Numbered from the stretch's first letter, positions 1-10,434 are shown. The stretch: DNA of 48,043 nt from Deltaproteobacteria bacterium TL4 (GCA_051382335.1 JBBCAX010000367.1:1-48043), one strand, 5' to 3'. Made by a program: numbers and translations. The notes: generated by a model from the letters alone, not told the origin.

Positions 1-1012
1 TCACCACCAATACCTCAGATACCGCTTGTTCCGGGAGTATTCAGCTCTTCACAAGTATAGATGCCTCCTCAGACAGTAGTTTCAACAACTGCGTTCCAAT
101 GAGTGCCTCACCCGTTGCCAGCGACAAAGACAAAACGTTTACTGTTACGCCCGCTTCTGCCCTGAGTACGTCAACCAGGTATAAAATCAGGGTAACGACG
201 GACGTTACTGACTATACCGGCAATGCTCTGGAGTCCCAATATACAACCGGATCGTTCATTAAAAATGAGGTTCCTACTATTTTCGCGGCAAGAGGCGACA
301 GCCAAAACACACTGACTTGGAGTTCAGTTACCGGAGCCGCAAGTTATAACCTCTATTGGAGCACCACTACCGGAGTTACCACCAGCGACGGCACCAAAAT
401 CAGCGGTGTGACCAGTCCTTACACTCATACGAGTCTGACCAATGGTACCGCTTATTATTACATCCTGACGGCAGTCAATATCGCTGGCGAAAGCAGCGCT
501 TCCACGGAAGTCAGTATGATACCCGCAGATCTGTTTGCCGCTACGTCATCCAGCATGGTCTCGATTAGCGGGGGAACCTTTCAGATGGGCAGCACGAATG
601 GAGGCAGTGATGAAACACCAGTGCACAGCGTGACCTTGAGCGCGTTTTACATTTCGGAGCATGAAACCACGGTTGGGGAATATAAGTTGTATGATTCCAG
701 CGCGAGCAGTTATAGTTGTTCCGCCGATAGTTTCCGGTGGTGTATATTTCCTGGACGGATATTCAGGGCTATCTCACCTGGTTGAACCAGCGACAGAGTA
801 CGAGAACGTATCGGATGTGTACCGAAGCGGAATGGGAATACGCGGCACGAGCGGGAACAACCACGGATTGGGCTTGCGGCAGCGACAGTTCGTGTCTGGA
901 TAGTGTGGCGTGGTATAGTTCCAATTCAGGATATGCGGCTCATGCGGTAAAGACAAAAACGGCGAATGCCTGGGGACTCTTCGAGGTCATTCTCAATAAT
1001 CATGCCGTGTAG
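1..1012 (+). pseudogene. Ig-like + fibronectin type III + FGE-sulfatase (SUMF1-like) surface protein; begins before the window, frameshifted and C-terminally truncated
   Basis: Frame 3 is open from the window edge (TTNTSDTACSGSIQ...). It contains an Fn3-like segment (LTWSSVTGAASYNLYW...YYYILTAVN..GES) and an FGE start (GGTFQMGS..DETPVHSVTLSAFYISEHETT). The domain continues in another frame after ~730 (VVYISW...[16 protein letters not shown]...NAWGLF) and stops at 1012 before the usual DMxGNVWEW motif. Confidence 0.75.
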
Positions 1013-1015
1013 AAC

Positions 1016-2464
1016 CTAATTTTGAGTGCTATAGCTGTTTTTTTCGCACACCTGCGTAATGGCGGCTTTTGTGAAACCTCCAGAATAGATAAGGAAACTT
1101 TCCTCAGGTTGATATTTCAAGTTTTTTGCCGCATTCTGAAAGGCTTTTGCTGCGGCGTTCTTTCTTTTAGCGTTGAGATGAAATTGCGCTAACTTGAAAT
1201 AAGCGAGTGCAAAGCGATTATTTAGAAAAATCGTGGTTTCATAGGCTTTTTGAGCTTTTTCAATTTCGTGATTATGCTCATGGATCAATCCCAAAATATA
1301 ATAAGCATCCGCGGAAAATTCATCCTGTTGGAGCACTTGGTGACAGAGAGCGTGCGCTCGCTCATAAGCCCCTTTGCCGGCATATAAGATAGCGGATAAC
1401 AATAAGGTGTTTTGGTGATCAGGTTGGTATTGAAGAACTTCTTCAAGAATTTCAAGGGATTTTTCCGGTTTGTCCAAAATAAAATACTGCAGTCCTCGTT
1501 CATACTCTGGGTCCGCGTCCAGGGTGATTGCCTGATCCTCAACGGTTTCAGGGAGGACTTCCTCCGGTGTTGTCTTAAACTCATCATGACTTTCCAAGAG
1601 CGGCGTTTGCGGCAAAAGTGGAGGAGAGACGGGGCTTTGTTCTTCAACCGGATTCAGACTATAAAAAAAAGTATTATTCTTTTCAATGGGTTCAAATTGC
1701 GCTGAAAGTCCACGGGCCGTCTCCGCGTGTCCCAGAATCAGAAAACCCCAAGGCTGAAGAACCGACGCAAATTTGGCAAGAATTTTTTTAATGATAGGGA
1801 TCGTGAAGTAAATTAAAACATTACGGCAAATAATGAGATCAAAGTACCCGAGTGAGCCGTACAAACGATCATCACTCAGGTTTCCTTCCAAAAAAATAAC
1901 CGATTTTATAATATCCGGGTGAAGACGATAATGATTTTTTTCTTTTGTAAAATATTTTATCAAATAGTGAGGTTCGGTTTTGTGAATGGCTTTGGCCGAA
2001 TATAACCCGATTTTCGCGTATTTTAGGGACTCAGTGTTGATATCAGTGGCCACAATTTCGATCTTTGCGAAGGGAAAGTATTCTTTGCAGATCATCGCTA
2101 AAGAATAGGGTTCTTCTCCTGTAGCGCAGGCGGCAGAAAGGACACGAAGGCTGGTCCTGCTTTTTAGGAGCTGAGGCAGTATATAATCAGTTATGGCTTG
2201 AAAATGATCAGGGTTTCTGAAGAAATACGTTTCGCCAATGGTGAGAAGTTCGATTAATTCCTGGAGTTCAGACGCTCTGGTGCGGCCTGGTGCTATTAAC
2301 GTTTGATAGTACTCTTGAAAGGATTTGATTTTAAGGGTAAGCATTCGCTGATTTAACCCCTGTTCGAGTAAGAAAACGCGGTTACGGTCAAAGGACATAC
2401 CACAACTTTCTTCCAGGAGTGAGGTGATGAGTTTGAATTCAAAATCATTTAGAGGAGATTTCAT
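1016..2464 (-). CDS. cheR: CheR-type chemotaxis methyltransferase with C-terminal TPR repeats
   Basis: LTIGETYFFRN, SAACATGEEPYSLAM, ATDIN and FDLIICRNVLIYF motifs; TPR-like helical repeats in the C-terminal ~170 aa. Confidence 0.9.
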   Translation of the reverse strand: MKSPLNDFEFKLITSLLEESCGMSFDRNRVFLLEQGLNQRMLTLKIKSFQEYYQTLIAPGRTRASELQELIELLTIGETYFFRNPDHFQAITDYILPQLLKSRTSLRVLSAACATGEEPYSLAMICKEYFPFAKIEIVATDINTESLKYAKIGLYSAKAIHKTEPHYLIKYFTKEKNHYRLHPDIIKSVIFLEGNLSDDRLYGSLGYFDLIICRNVLIYFTIPIIKKILAKFASVLQPWGFLILGHAETARGLSAQFEPIEKNNTFFYSLNPVEEQSPVSPPLLPQTPLLESHDEFKTTPEEVLPETVEDQAITLDADPEYERGLQYFILDKPEKSLEILEEVLQYQPDHQNTLLLSAILYAGKGAYERAHALCHQVLQQDEFSADAYYILGLIHEHNHEIEKAQKAYETTIFLNNRFALAYFKLAQFHLNAKRKNAAAKAFQNAAKNLKYQPEESFLIYSGGFTKAAITQVCEKNSYSTQN

Positions 2465-2712
2465 TTATTTTCTATAAACAAATCAGGGTAGGGACTCGGG
2501 GCGTCTTTACCTTTGGGCCCCCATTCCCCATGCTCATACCCCATTTTCTGAAATTATTCACGTTTTTAACAGTTATGCGTTGAAAGTATAACTGGATAAT
2601 GTCATGGTTTGAGGTAGAAGTGAACTGTTAAATGAAGATTTTCGATTTCAAGTCTGAAGACTGTTAGGGGGTTCCAGCGTTTGAAGAAAACCTTAATGGA
2701 GCATGTAATCCA

Positions 2713-3090
2713 ATGGAAAAGCTTGGTGGTGGGGCAATTTTAGTGGTAGAGGATGAATTCATCATTCAAAACTTAACCTGTGAGATCTTGGAGTCGTTGG
2801 GATACGAAGTGATGGGCGTGTCCAACAGCGACGATGCATTAGAGAATTTCCGTAGAGAGCCTGGTGATTTTAATTTAATCATTACGGACAATATCATGCC
2901 TGGGATGACAGGCCTTGAATTGATTGAGCAAATAAGAAAAATCAGACAGGATATCCCCGTGGTCTTGTCAACAGGCTATACTGACGTGGTTTCTGAAAAA
3001 CTACAATCCAAACTGGGAATAGAAGAAATTCTTTCTAAACCTTACGACTACAACGATTTGAGAAAAATGTTGGGTAGAATCTTCAACTAA
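2713..3090 (+). CDS. Single-domain response regulator receiver protein
   Basis: ILVVEDE...LIITDNIMPGMTG...STGY...KP receiver motifs, 125 aa. Confidence 0.9.
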   Translation: MEKLGGGAILVVEDEFIIQNLTCEILESLGYEVMGVSNSDDALENFRREPGDFNLIITDNIMPGMTGLELIEQIRKIRQDIPVVLSTGYTDVVSEKLQSKLGIEEILSKPYDYNDLRKMLGRIFN

Positions 3091-3174
3091 CCCTAGGTAT
3101 TGGCGTTGGATATTATGCAGGGTTCTCTCTTTGATTTTTTCAAACTCACAGGGAAAGTGTGTGGAGCTTGAGCT

Positions 3175-4470
3175 ATGGATTTGGATCTCGAAATATTATT
3201 GAGAATGATTGCGCTGGGAGTTTTAATCGTTTTTTCCGCTTTTTTTTCAGGATCAGAAACGGCGCTTTTTTCGTTGAGTAAACTTCAGTTACAAAAGATA
3301 AAAGAACGAAACTCTCTGAAATCTCACCGCATTATTGAACTGATTACTCATCCCAAACGGTTACTCATTACCATTCTACTGGGAAATGAGCTTGTCAATG
3401 TTTCTATTTCTGCCATTTCCACCTCGTTGGTATTGTTTTTTATCGCCGATCATTTTCATGACATTAACGCAAAATGGTTAAATATCTGTATTGTAGTTCC
3501 CTTTCTGCTCTTGTTTGGTGAAGTGTTACCCAAAACAATTGCCATCAAAAACAATGAGAGTTTTGCCAAGATTATCTGCCGCTGGTTGTTCTTCTTTCAA
3601 AAACTGGTCTTTCCTATTGTTTGGTTGGTGTTTAAAGTTACGGATTTGGTGGTGTACACGATTGTTGGAGAACGATCAAAGAAAGAGGCTCCGATCATGG
3701 AGGAAGAGTTCATTAATTTGGTTGAAGAAAGTTCGGAAGCAGGGATCATTAAAGAGTATGAAAAAAAGTTAATTTATCGGGTGTTTGACTTGGGGAATAT
3801 GCCCATTTCCAACATTATGGCACCACGGGGGAGTATTTTTTCTCTGTCCTATAGCATGCCTTTTAATAAAATTATTGCTGCCGTTAGTGAGCGGCACTAT
3901 GCCGCTGTTCCTATTTATGAAGGAAACCGGGACCGTATTTTGGGAATTTTGTATGCTAAAAGTCTCTTAAACTTGACCACGGAGCAAATTGAACAGGGTC
4001 AGGAAACCTTGAATCATATCATGGTGAAACCCATTTTTATTCCTGAAACCAAACAAGTTTATGATTTATTTAGAGAATTTAAATTCAAGAAAAATCAAAT
4101 TGCCATAGTTCTGGATGAGTTTGGCGGTGTGATTGGATTGGTAACCTTAGATGACCTTTTGGAAGAACTGTTTGGCGAAATGAAAGAACAAAAACCGATG
4201 GACTCTTTATGTATCAAAAAAGGCAAGAACTGGTGGCTGATCAACGCGATGATGCACATTGATGAGTTGGTAAACCAAACCAAGACTCCACTGGTAAATG
4301 AAGAGTTTGAGACTGTTGGCGGATTTGTATTTCATTTATTCGGACGCTTACCCAGCAGTGGAGAAAGTATCGCCTATCAAGATCTGGTTTTTACCGTGAA
4401 AGAAATGGATATCACAAAAATCACTGAAATTCATGTTGAAAAAATTCTCAAAAAATCAGAAGCAGAATAA
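3175..4470 (+). CDS. CNNM (DUF21)-CBS-CorC/HlyC family transporter-associated protein
   Basis: SAFFSGSETALFSL, GEVLPK, CBS pair with VLDEFGGVIGLVTLDDLLEELFG, C-terminal CorC domain (ETVGGFV). Confidence 0.92.
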   Translation: MDLDLEILLRMIALGVLIVFSAFFSGSETALFSLSKLQLQKIKERNSLKSHRIIELITHPKRLLITILLGNELVNVSISAISTSLVLFFIADHFHDINAKWLNICIVVPFLLLFGEVLPKTIAIKNNESFAKIICRWLFFFQKLVFPIVWLVFKVTDLVVYTIVGERSKKEAPIMEEEFINLVEESSEAGIIKEYEKKLIYRVFDLGNMPISNIMAPRGSIFSLSYSMPFNKIIAAVSERHYAAVPIYEGNRDRILGILYAKSLLNLTTEQIEQGQETLNHIMVKPIFIPETKQVYDLFREFKFKKNQIAIVLDEFGGVIGLVTLDDLLEELFGEMKEQKPMDSLCIKKGKNWWLINAMMHIDELVNQTKTPLVNEEFETVGGFVFHLFGRLPSSGESIAYQDLVFTVKEMDITKITEIHVEKILKKSEAE

Positions 4471-4500
4471 AAAAGGGTTAGACTTTTTTTAAGGAGGACT

Positions 4501-5910
4501 ATGGAATATTATTTGTTTACATTACTGCTCGTTTTTATCTTTATGTTATTGGAAGGTTTTTTTTCTGGTTCAGAAATAGCCTTGGTCGCCGCAGATAAAA
4601 CGAAACTGAGGTACCAAGCGAAAAAAGGGTCCAAATCCGCAAAGTTGGTCATTAAACTCTTTAGAAAACCAGAGTGGATTCTGTCAACGACGTTAACGGG
4701 AACCAATATTTCACTGGTGTCCGCAACCACTTTGGCAACGGCCGCGATGCTAACCATTTTCCCCAAATATGGGGATTTGATTACGGTCGCTATTCTCACT
4801 CCTTGCACCTTGTTTTTTGCGGAAGTCCTCTCTAAAAGTATTTTCCAGCAAAAAGCCGATGTGCTTGCCACAAAAGTTGTTTATCCTCTGTATTTTGCCT
4901 CCTGGCTGTTTGCTCCTGTCGTTCTGGTGATGACTTTCATTACCAGCATGGTCTCCAAATTATTTGGTATTGAAGGCGAAGTCCATAGTATTTTTGTCAG
5001 TAAAGATGAATTAAAAATGGTCTTGGATATGGCGGGGAAAGGCAGTGATGTGCTTCAACAGGAGCGGAGTATCATCCAAAGGTTGTTTGAGTTTTCTGAA
5101 CTGACGGCCAGAGAGTCCATGATCCCGTTGGTGGATATCTCTGCGGTAGTTTCAACCGCAACGATACAAGAGGCCATACAGAGTTTGAACAAAACAGACT
5201 TCCCTTGGGTTTTTGTGTATTCGAAACGCATTGATTTAATTACAGGGTACATTGATTATTTTGACCTTCTGAATATGGATAAAGGGGATAAAATTCGGCC
5301 CGTCATTCGGCCCGTTTATTATATACCGCCCCATAAAAAGTTGAATGCCCTCTTGGTTGAAATGCAGGAACGCCGGGTGAATTTCGCGGTAATTGTAGAC
5401 GAGTATGGTGGCGCGGAAGGGATCATCACGATTGAGGATATTTTGGAAGAAATCGTCGGCGATATTTCGGATGAACATGAAAAACGACAACCCCTGTTCG
5501 TGGTGGTCAACGAAAATCAGTATTTATTACAAGCTCGAACTGAAATTCACCAGTTTAACGAAAAAAATCAATTTGGGTTAGAACTTCCGGAAGAAGGACT
5601 CTATGCGACCTTGGGGGGGTTTGTTGTAACGCAACTGGATCAAATTCCTGAAGTAGGTCAGTCGTTTGTGTATCAAGAGTGCCTGTTTAGCGTTGAAAAA
5701 GCAGATGCCCGTTCCGTGATTGAGATTCGTATTACCAAAATAGGAGAGGAGGAAGAGCGGCGTCTGTCTCAACCTACTGATGAAAATGCGCCGAAAACGG
5801 AACTCCTGAAGGACCTCAGTGAGGACTACTTAGATGAGTTTGATTCCTCAGAAGAAGTCTCGTCCATCGCTCCAGAGAAAAAAGCTGAGGTTGAAAATAC
5901 ACAAAACTGA
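4501..5910 (+). CDS. CNNM (DUF21)-CBS-CorC/HlyC family protein, second tandem paralog, acidic tail
   Basis: GFFSGSEIALV, VDEYGGAEGIITIEDILEEIVGDI, TLGGFV motifs; AAGGAGG SD just upstream. Confidence 0.92.
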   Translation: MEYYLFTLLLVFIFMLLEGFFSGSEIALVAADKTKLRYQAKKGSKSAKLVIKLFRKPEWILSTTLTGTNISLVSATTLATAAMLTIFPKYGDLITVAILTPCTLFFAEVLSKSIFQQKADVLATKVVYPLYFASWLFAPVVLVMTFITSMVSKLFGIEGEVHSIFVSKDELKMVLDMAGKGSDVLQQERSIIQRLFEFSELTARESMIPLVDISAVVSTATIQEAIQSLNKTDFPWVFVYSKRIDLITGYIDYFDLLNMDKGDKIRPVIRPVYYIPPHKKLNALLVEMQERRVNFAVIVDEYGGAEGIITIEDILEEIVGDISDEHEKRQPLFVVVNENQYLLQARTEIHQFNEKNQFGLELPEEGLYATLGGFVVTQLDQIPEVGQSFVYQECLFSVEKADARSVIEIRITKIGEEEERRLSQPTDENAPKTELLKDLSEDYLDEFDSSEEVSSIAPEKKAEVENTQN

Positions 5911-5937
5911 GCCGAGGCACAACCACGGAAAACGTGA

Positions 5938-6237
5938 ATGAAAAACACAACTCAACCAGAATTTTTCGCATCAGAAGCGCTCCTGAGAGCACTGTACCAG
6001 GATTTCACTGAACTGATTCCTGAGCAAGTTCCAACCTTGTTTCCCTCGGCCTCGTTGGTGTTGGTTCAGGTGGATTCTCCAGAAGATCTCTCCGCTGAGG
6101 AAATGGATCGTTTCTTCAAAAGCCTGGTTCAAGATTTTATTAGAATCATCAAAAAACAAGGCCTCAGTCACGCCGAATACCTGGCTTATTTCCCCAATAC
6201 TCAAGAACTGATAGTGCGACAAAAGGCCAATGGTTAG
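5938..6237 (+). CDS. Hypothetical protein, 99 aa
   Basis: ORF fills the space between the CNNM gene and the convergent reductase gene; no motif recognised. Confidence 0.6.
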   Translation: MKNTTQPEFFASEALLRALYQDFTELIPEQVPTLFPSASLVLVQVDSPEDLSAEEMDRFFKSLVQDFIRIIKKQGLSHAEYLAYFPNTQELIVRQKANG

Positions 6238-6263
6238 GTTTCATTAGCAACGCCAGATCCGCT

Positions 6264-8339
6264 TTACCAGTGGATGCCTTTTGAAAGGTAGGCAAAGGCC
6301 ACAGCTTCTGGAGACAAATGCTTTCCTTCTTTCTCCGTCGGATCACTATCAGGAAACAGTCGAAATCCCAGGTTGAGGGCAATATTCGCTGTTTTAGGAG
6401 AAAGCGAATGTAAGACTTCCGCAAACGTTCCGAGGGGTGTGGACACTTTCCTTTTCTGCGTAATCAAAGGCGTGATGGCTAATTTAGCGGCCTGTTCAGG
6501 AGTCAGGGTTGGAACATTGTCGTACATTTTAGTTGGGGAAATCATAGGCGTCCTGACCAGAGGCATATAGACGGTGGTTAAGGTCACATTATCATGCGCT
6601 ACTTCAGAACTGATACTTTTGCTGAAAGCATCTAACGCGGATTTACTGGCAACATAGGCTGAAAATCGAGGCACATTGGTTTGGCATCCAATGCTCGAAA
6701 TATTGATGATATGGCCGAATTGCTGTTCTCGCATTCTGGGGAGAAATCCGAGAATTAACTTAAGACAGCCGAAGTAATTCAAGTCCATCGTCCGTTCAAA
6801 ATCGTGAAAGCGGTCATAAGATTGGTCTATCGGTCTTCTAATGGAACGGCCGGCATTGTTGATTAAAATATCAACGCCACCGTGTTCTTTTTTGATCTGT
6901 TCCACCAATTCACCAATAGCCTCCGGATTACTCAGATCGCAAGAATAGATAAAGGCCTTTCCTCCCAGTTGTTCGACTTCTTTTCTCGCGATTTCCAATT
7001 TATCCAAGGAACGGGCCACAAGAATCACTGTCCCTTTGGCACGTGCCAAGCGGTGGGCAATCGCCAAGCCTATTCCGCTACTGCCTCCTGTAATCAATAC
7101 CATTCGACCGGCGATCACCCGTTCTAAATATTGGCGCCCTCCACGAGTTGCTAATTCCCATTGGTCTTTAACCACTTCGCTCAGACTGCGCCCTCTGGTG
7201 ATGACATCGGTTGTGGCTCTGAGGGCTTGAGTCATGCTGTCACTGCTTCGGGTTTCTGTCAAAATCGGTTCCATGTGACCTTCCCAAAAATACCAAATGA
7301 TGCGTGCGTAGTCTTGAAGCGGAGGACAAACGATTTTGCTGCCTTTAAGCGCTTTGGTTGTGTTGGTATGCTCAAACTCGGTCTCCCAAGTCAGCAGATC
7401 CATGAAGGTGTCAGGGTATTCAAGACGGCTCAGCGCCTGTTGACCTAATAATCCCGAAAATGGAATTTTTTTAATCAGCTCCAAGGGCAGAGATGCGAGC
7501 GTTTCATTGCTGATTTGTGTTTTGAGCTGGGGCGCATGGGCCACACGACAGAACTCATTGATGACATCGCCAACTTTAACAGCGTCTCCGACAAGGTGAA
7601 AGGTTTTGTCATCCAATTCTTTTTTGTGTGCAATATGAACCAGAGCTTGCGCCACATAATTCACAGGCGTCAGATACCACTTTCCACCTTCCAGGCCTAA
7701 TAAGGGAAACCATTGAGGCAGGATTTTTCCTATGGTTTGAATGAGTTTGAAAAGATAATAAGGACCCTCTATCTTTTCCGCTTCCCCTGTTTCGGTACAG
7801 CCTACAATAATTCCGGGGCGGTAAATTCGAAAAGGGACCTTACAGCTTTTATGAATTTTTAACTCGGCCTCATATTTTGTGGAAGCGTAGGGACCCATCG
7901 GTTCCTGTCCCTCTTCAAGCATCTCTTCTTTAAAAACGCCTTCATATTTGCCACTGATCGCAATGGTACTCAGGTAATGAAAAGAGGAGCCCAGTTGGTT
8001 TGCCACGTCAACCGCATTTTGTGTCCCGTTGGCGTTTACGGTTTGGCACGCTTTCTGGCTCGCTTTTAAAGCATCCAGTGAGGCCAGGTGATAGAATTGC
8101 TCTACCTGTCCTTTGAGTTCTTTAAGACGTTCGGGTTGTATCCCCAAATCGGACTTGGTGACATCTCCGTAGATAGGCTCAATTCGAGCTCTGTATTTTT
8201 CCCAACGACGATGTAGCAAAACCTCAAAGCGCTCTTTGTGTGATTCCAAGATGAGTAAGTAAATTTTGCCTTGGTGTTTCAGTAATTGATCCACAACATA
8301 TTTCCCTACAAAGCCTGTTCCTCCTGTTACGAAATACAT
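6264..8339 (-). CDS. Two-domain fatty acyl-CoA reductase (extended SDR + Acr1-like classical SDR)
   Basis: N-terminal TGGTGFVG and YASTK. C-terminal TGGSSGIG, NNAGRSIRR, DRFHDFERTM, PRFSAYVASKSALDAF and YMPLVRTPMI are typical of Acr1-type acyl-CoA reductases. GGAGG SD. Confidence 0.88.
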   Translation of the reverse strand: MYFVTGGTGFVGKYVVDQLLKHQGKIYLLILESHKERFEVLLHRRWEKYRARIEPIYGDVTKSDLGIQPERLKELKGQVEQFYHLASLDALKASQKACQTVNANGTQNAVDVANQLGSSFHYLSTIAISGKYEGVFKEEMLEEGQEPMGPYASTKYEAELKIHKSCKVPFRIYRPGIIVGCTETGEAEKIEGPYYLFKLIQTIGKILPQWFPLLGLEGGKWYLTPVNYVAQALVHIAHKKELDDKTFHLVGDAVKVGDVINEFCRVAHAPQLKTQISNETLASLPLELIKKIPFSGLLGQQALSRLEYPDTFMDLLTWETEFEHTNTTKALKGSKIVCPPLQDYARIIWYFWEGHMEPILTETRSSDSMTQALRATTDVITRGRSLSEVVKDQWELATRGGRQYLERVIAGRMVLITGGSSGIGLAIAHRLARAKGTVILVARSLDKLEIARKEVEQLGGKAFIYSCDLSNPEAIGELVEQIKKEHGGVDILINNAGRSIRRPIDQSYDRFHDFERTMDLNYFGCLKLILGFLPRMREQQFGHIINISSIGCQTNVPRFSAYVASKSALDAFSKSISSEVAHDNVTLTTVYMPLVRTPMISPTKMYDNVPTLTPEQAAKLAITPLITQKRKVSTPLGTFAEVLHSLSPKTANIALNLGFRLFPDSDPTEKEGKHLSPEAVAFAYLSKGIHW

Positions 8340-8486
8340 AATTCCTCCATATATTGATTACGATTAGGATGGTCTGTCAGATAAGTTTTGTCCAAGTGCC
8401 TCAATCACTTTTCAGAACTGTTAGTATGGATGTATAAGAAATGAAACGTTTTGTGAAGAGGCAGAATTAAATAATTTTGAAAAGGA

Positions 8487-8580
8487 CTGGGTTCGCCATT
8501 TTGCTCAGGGCTTCCCTTCGATTACGCTCAGGACAGGCCTTCAGACGATCCCTCACGGTTTCGCCCTTGCCATAATCAAC
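8487..8580 (-). mobile_element. Probable group II intron domain-I fragment interrupted by a short REP-like motif
   Basis: Plus-strand ttttgctcagggcttcc[...]ttcagacgatccctcacggtttcgcccttgcc resembles the reverse complement of bacterial group II intron 5' regions (recalled pattern gcttccttcaga..cctcgcgg..cgcccttgc). The insert cccttcgattacgctcaggacaggc (8514-8538) resembles a widespread intergenic repeat. Confidence 0.45.
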
Positions 8581-8862
8581 TTGAGAAAGCATTTCAATCA
8601 TGTATTGAAGACGTATTTCGGTTTTACCAGTAAAGAGGCTGGAGCTTATATAGAAAATAGTGAAAGAATAAATGATCTGCACTATCCGCCTACAAGCAAA
8701 TGCTTAATCCAGAACAAAATAGCTCAGAAATCTTTGGAAGAAATATTGAGACAGCAGATGGGTCCGTCGAAAAACTGAAACCATTCTGACACCATAAGGG
8801 GAATTGGAAAATCAATTTTTTTTTTGATTTCCTTCTAATATGTTGACTTTATTCGATTCTAT

Positions 8863-8938
8863 TGGTCGGGGTGAGGGGACTTGAACTCCTGACATCCTGC
8901 TCCCAAAGCAGGCGCGCTACCAACTGCGCTACACCCCG
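8863..8938 (-). tRNA. tRNA-Pro (anticodon UGG), CCA encoded
   Basis: Reverse complement CGGGGUGUAGCGCAGUUGGUAGCGCG CCUGC UUUGGGA GCAGG AUGUC AGGAG UUCAAGU CCCCU CACCCCG ACCA forms a full cloverleaf. Confidence 0.97.
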
Positions 8939-9020
8939 ATAACCAAGTGATCGCGGATACTACCATGTTGAATGGAACATTCAAGGTTTTTTGATAGTGT
9001 TTTTTAGACCGATCCAAAGT

Positions 9021-9428
9021 TTATATGTTTCTTAGGGAAATTCCATATTGATGCTGAATCATCGTTGTTATATGCCGATCATTTTCTAACCCTGCGAATC
9101 GGATTTCAGTTCGAATCTTATCCCTGATGATACTCAACTCCTGTTCCGTTGTGCTCATTTCGATATCTGTTTCCAGCCTCATACGACGCAAATTTTTGAT
9201 CACATTAAGTCGCAACCGTTGTTTGACCCGTGATAATTGCTTAGGATCGACATGGTTTAGAGCCGTCTCGATCTCCGACTGGCTGTACCCTATAAGAGAT
9301 AACTTTACCCAAACTGAAAATAAATTATCCTCTTTCTCGGGCGTGGACGCTTGAGCCCATCCTAGACCACTCCCGATAAACACGAATACCAACATTGCAC
9401 CTAATGTCGCTTTGCACTTTTTCCACAT
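9021..9428 (-). CDS. Hypothetical secreted protein, 135 aa
   Basis: Signal-peptide-like N-terminus (..GLGWAQA) and GAGGAGG SD upstream. Confidence 0.8.
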   Translation of the reverse strand: MWKKCKATLGAMLVFVFIGSGLGWAQASTPEKEDNLFSVWVKLSLIGYSQSEIETALNHVDPKQLSRVKQRLRLNVIKNLRRMRLETDIEMSTTEQELSIIRDKIRTEIRFAGLENDRHITTMIQHQYGISLRNI

Positions 9429-9664
9429 AGCACCCTCCTCGAACTCACTAGATTATATATATCCCATGTGTAAAAAAAACACATGAATTTTTTACAAAAA
9501 ATCATCGTACACCCTAATTAGTATTTAATTAAAATAACATTTTTGCTACAATAATATTGATGCTTACTGGTTGTTTTTATTTGTTTTTTATATATTTTAG
9601 TCCATTTTTAATTAATATCTATTTTGATATTAATATTACGATAGTACCGGTCTCACGAGTTTTA

Positions 9665-10388
9665 AATTAAGATCCAACCAGTTTTAATAAGTGGCTTTAG
9701 TTGAGGCTCCAACGGTATCCTTCCTGTAGGGGGAGGAACCCCGTCAAAGTTGGAGCAACGGGTTGTAAATTCAAAATATCAAACTCCACATTATGACCAG
9801 ATTCCAACCTTCGCCCGAAAAATAGTCACTTCAATACGAACCAAGTATAACTTGCTTACAAGGAGTTGTATCCTGACTGAAAGCAAGGAACACCGGTCCA
9901 TGGCCCTTCAAAGCCGATCATGTATTGTAATCCGGAACAGTATTCTGTGATTCATGTAATGACTAAAAGTCATTACTCCGAAACCCCAGATAGGTAGAGG
10001 ACTTCCTGAAAAGGAGATCATTCTCCTCTTCGGGAAACGCAACTCACGCAATGCACAAATTAAAAACGTATGTAATCTACACGGAACGCATCTATCGGCA
10101 TCACCTTATTTTCCTGAATTTTGATATCCTTCTTCAATAAATACGGAGAAACAATTAGTCCGGTTGGTGTATGAGTTCAGACAATGAACCGATTTATTCT
10201 CCGCTTCAATAAATTGAGAGTCTCATAAATTTATACATGATTTGTTATCTCAACTAGTTGTGAATGAAATCTCCCCTTCTGAGTTTTCACTTTATTTCTT
10301 GTTTATGAAAAACAGCTTGCGGACAACTATCCGTCAATAAGGCATCGATTGAGTGCCCAAGAGGTTACTGGATCGATTTTCGAAATTA
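9665..10388 (-). ncRNA. Highly diverged, shortened 16S-rRNA-like sequence (5' domain, central domain, 3' minor domain; head apparently missing)
   Basis: Colinear plus-strand matches to reverse-complemented 16S landmarks: gatccaacc (9671, ~1525); ggctttagttgaggctccaac (9693, ~1510-1488); ttggagcaacgggttgta (9750, ~1413-1392); ttccaaccttcgcccg (9802, ~900); gtattgtaatccgg (9922, 790 loop); attactccgaa (~9973, ~715); ggagatcattctcctct (~10013, ~670); acggag..ttagtccggt (10143, ~510); caactag (~10251, ~250); ccgtcaataaggcatcgatt (10331, ~60); ggatcgattttc (10370, ~15). Manual alignment; ends approximate. Confidence 0.65.
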
Positions 10389-10434
10389 CCTGTTTCAGCA
10401 TGATAAATAATTTACAAATATTGGATCTCCCTTC

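Noticed and set aside
9640..9665. gatagtaccggtctcacgagttttaaa resembles 23S ~2590-2615
   Set aside because: Out of colinear order; the in-register equivalent is at ~10690-10715. Probably chance.
10160..10290. 5S rRNA (cttctgagtt and tgagttc motifs)
   Set aside because: Isolated short matches, no 5S fold, and the region fits the 16S-like colinear map better.
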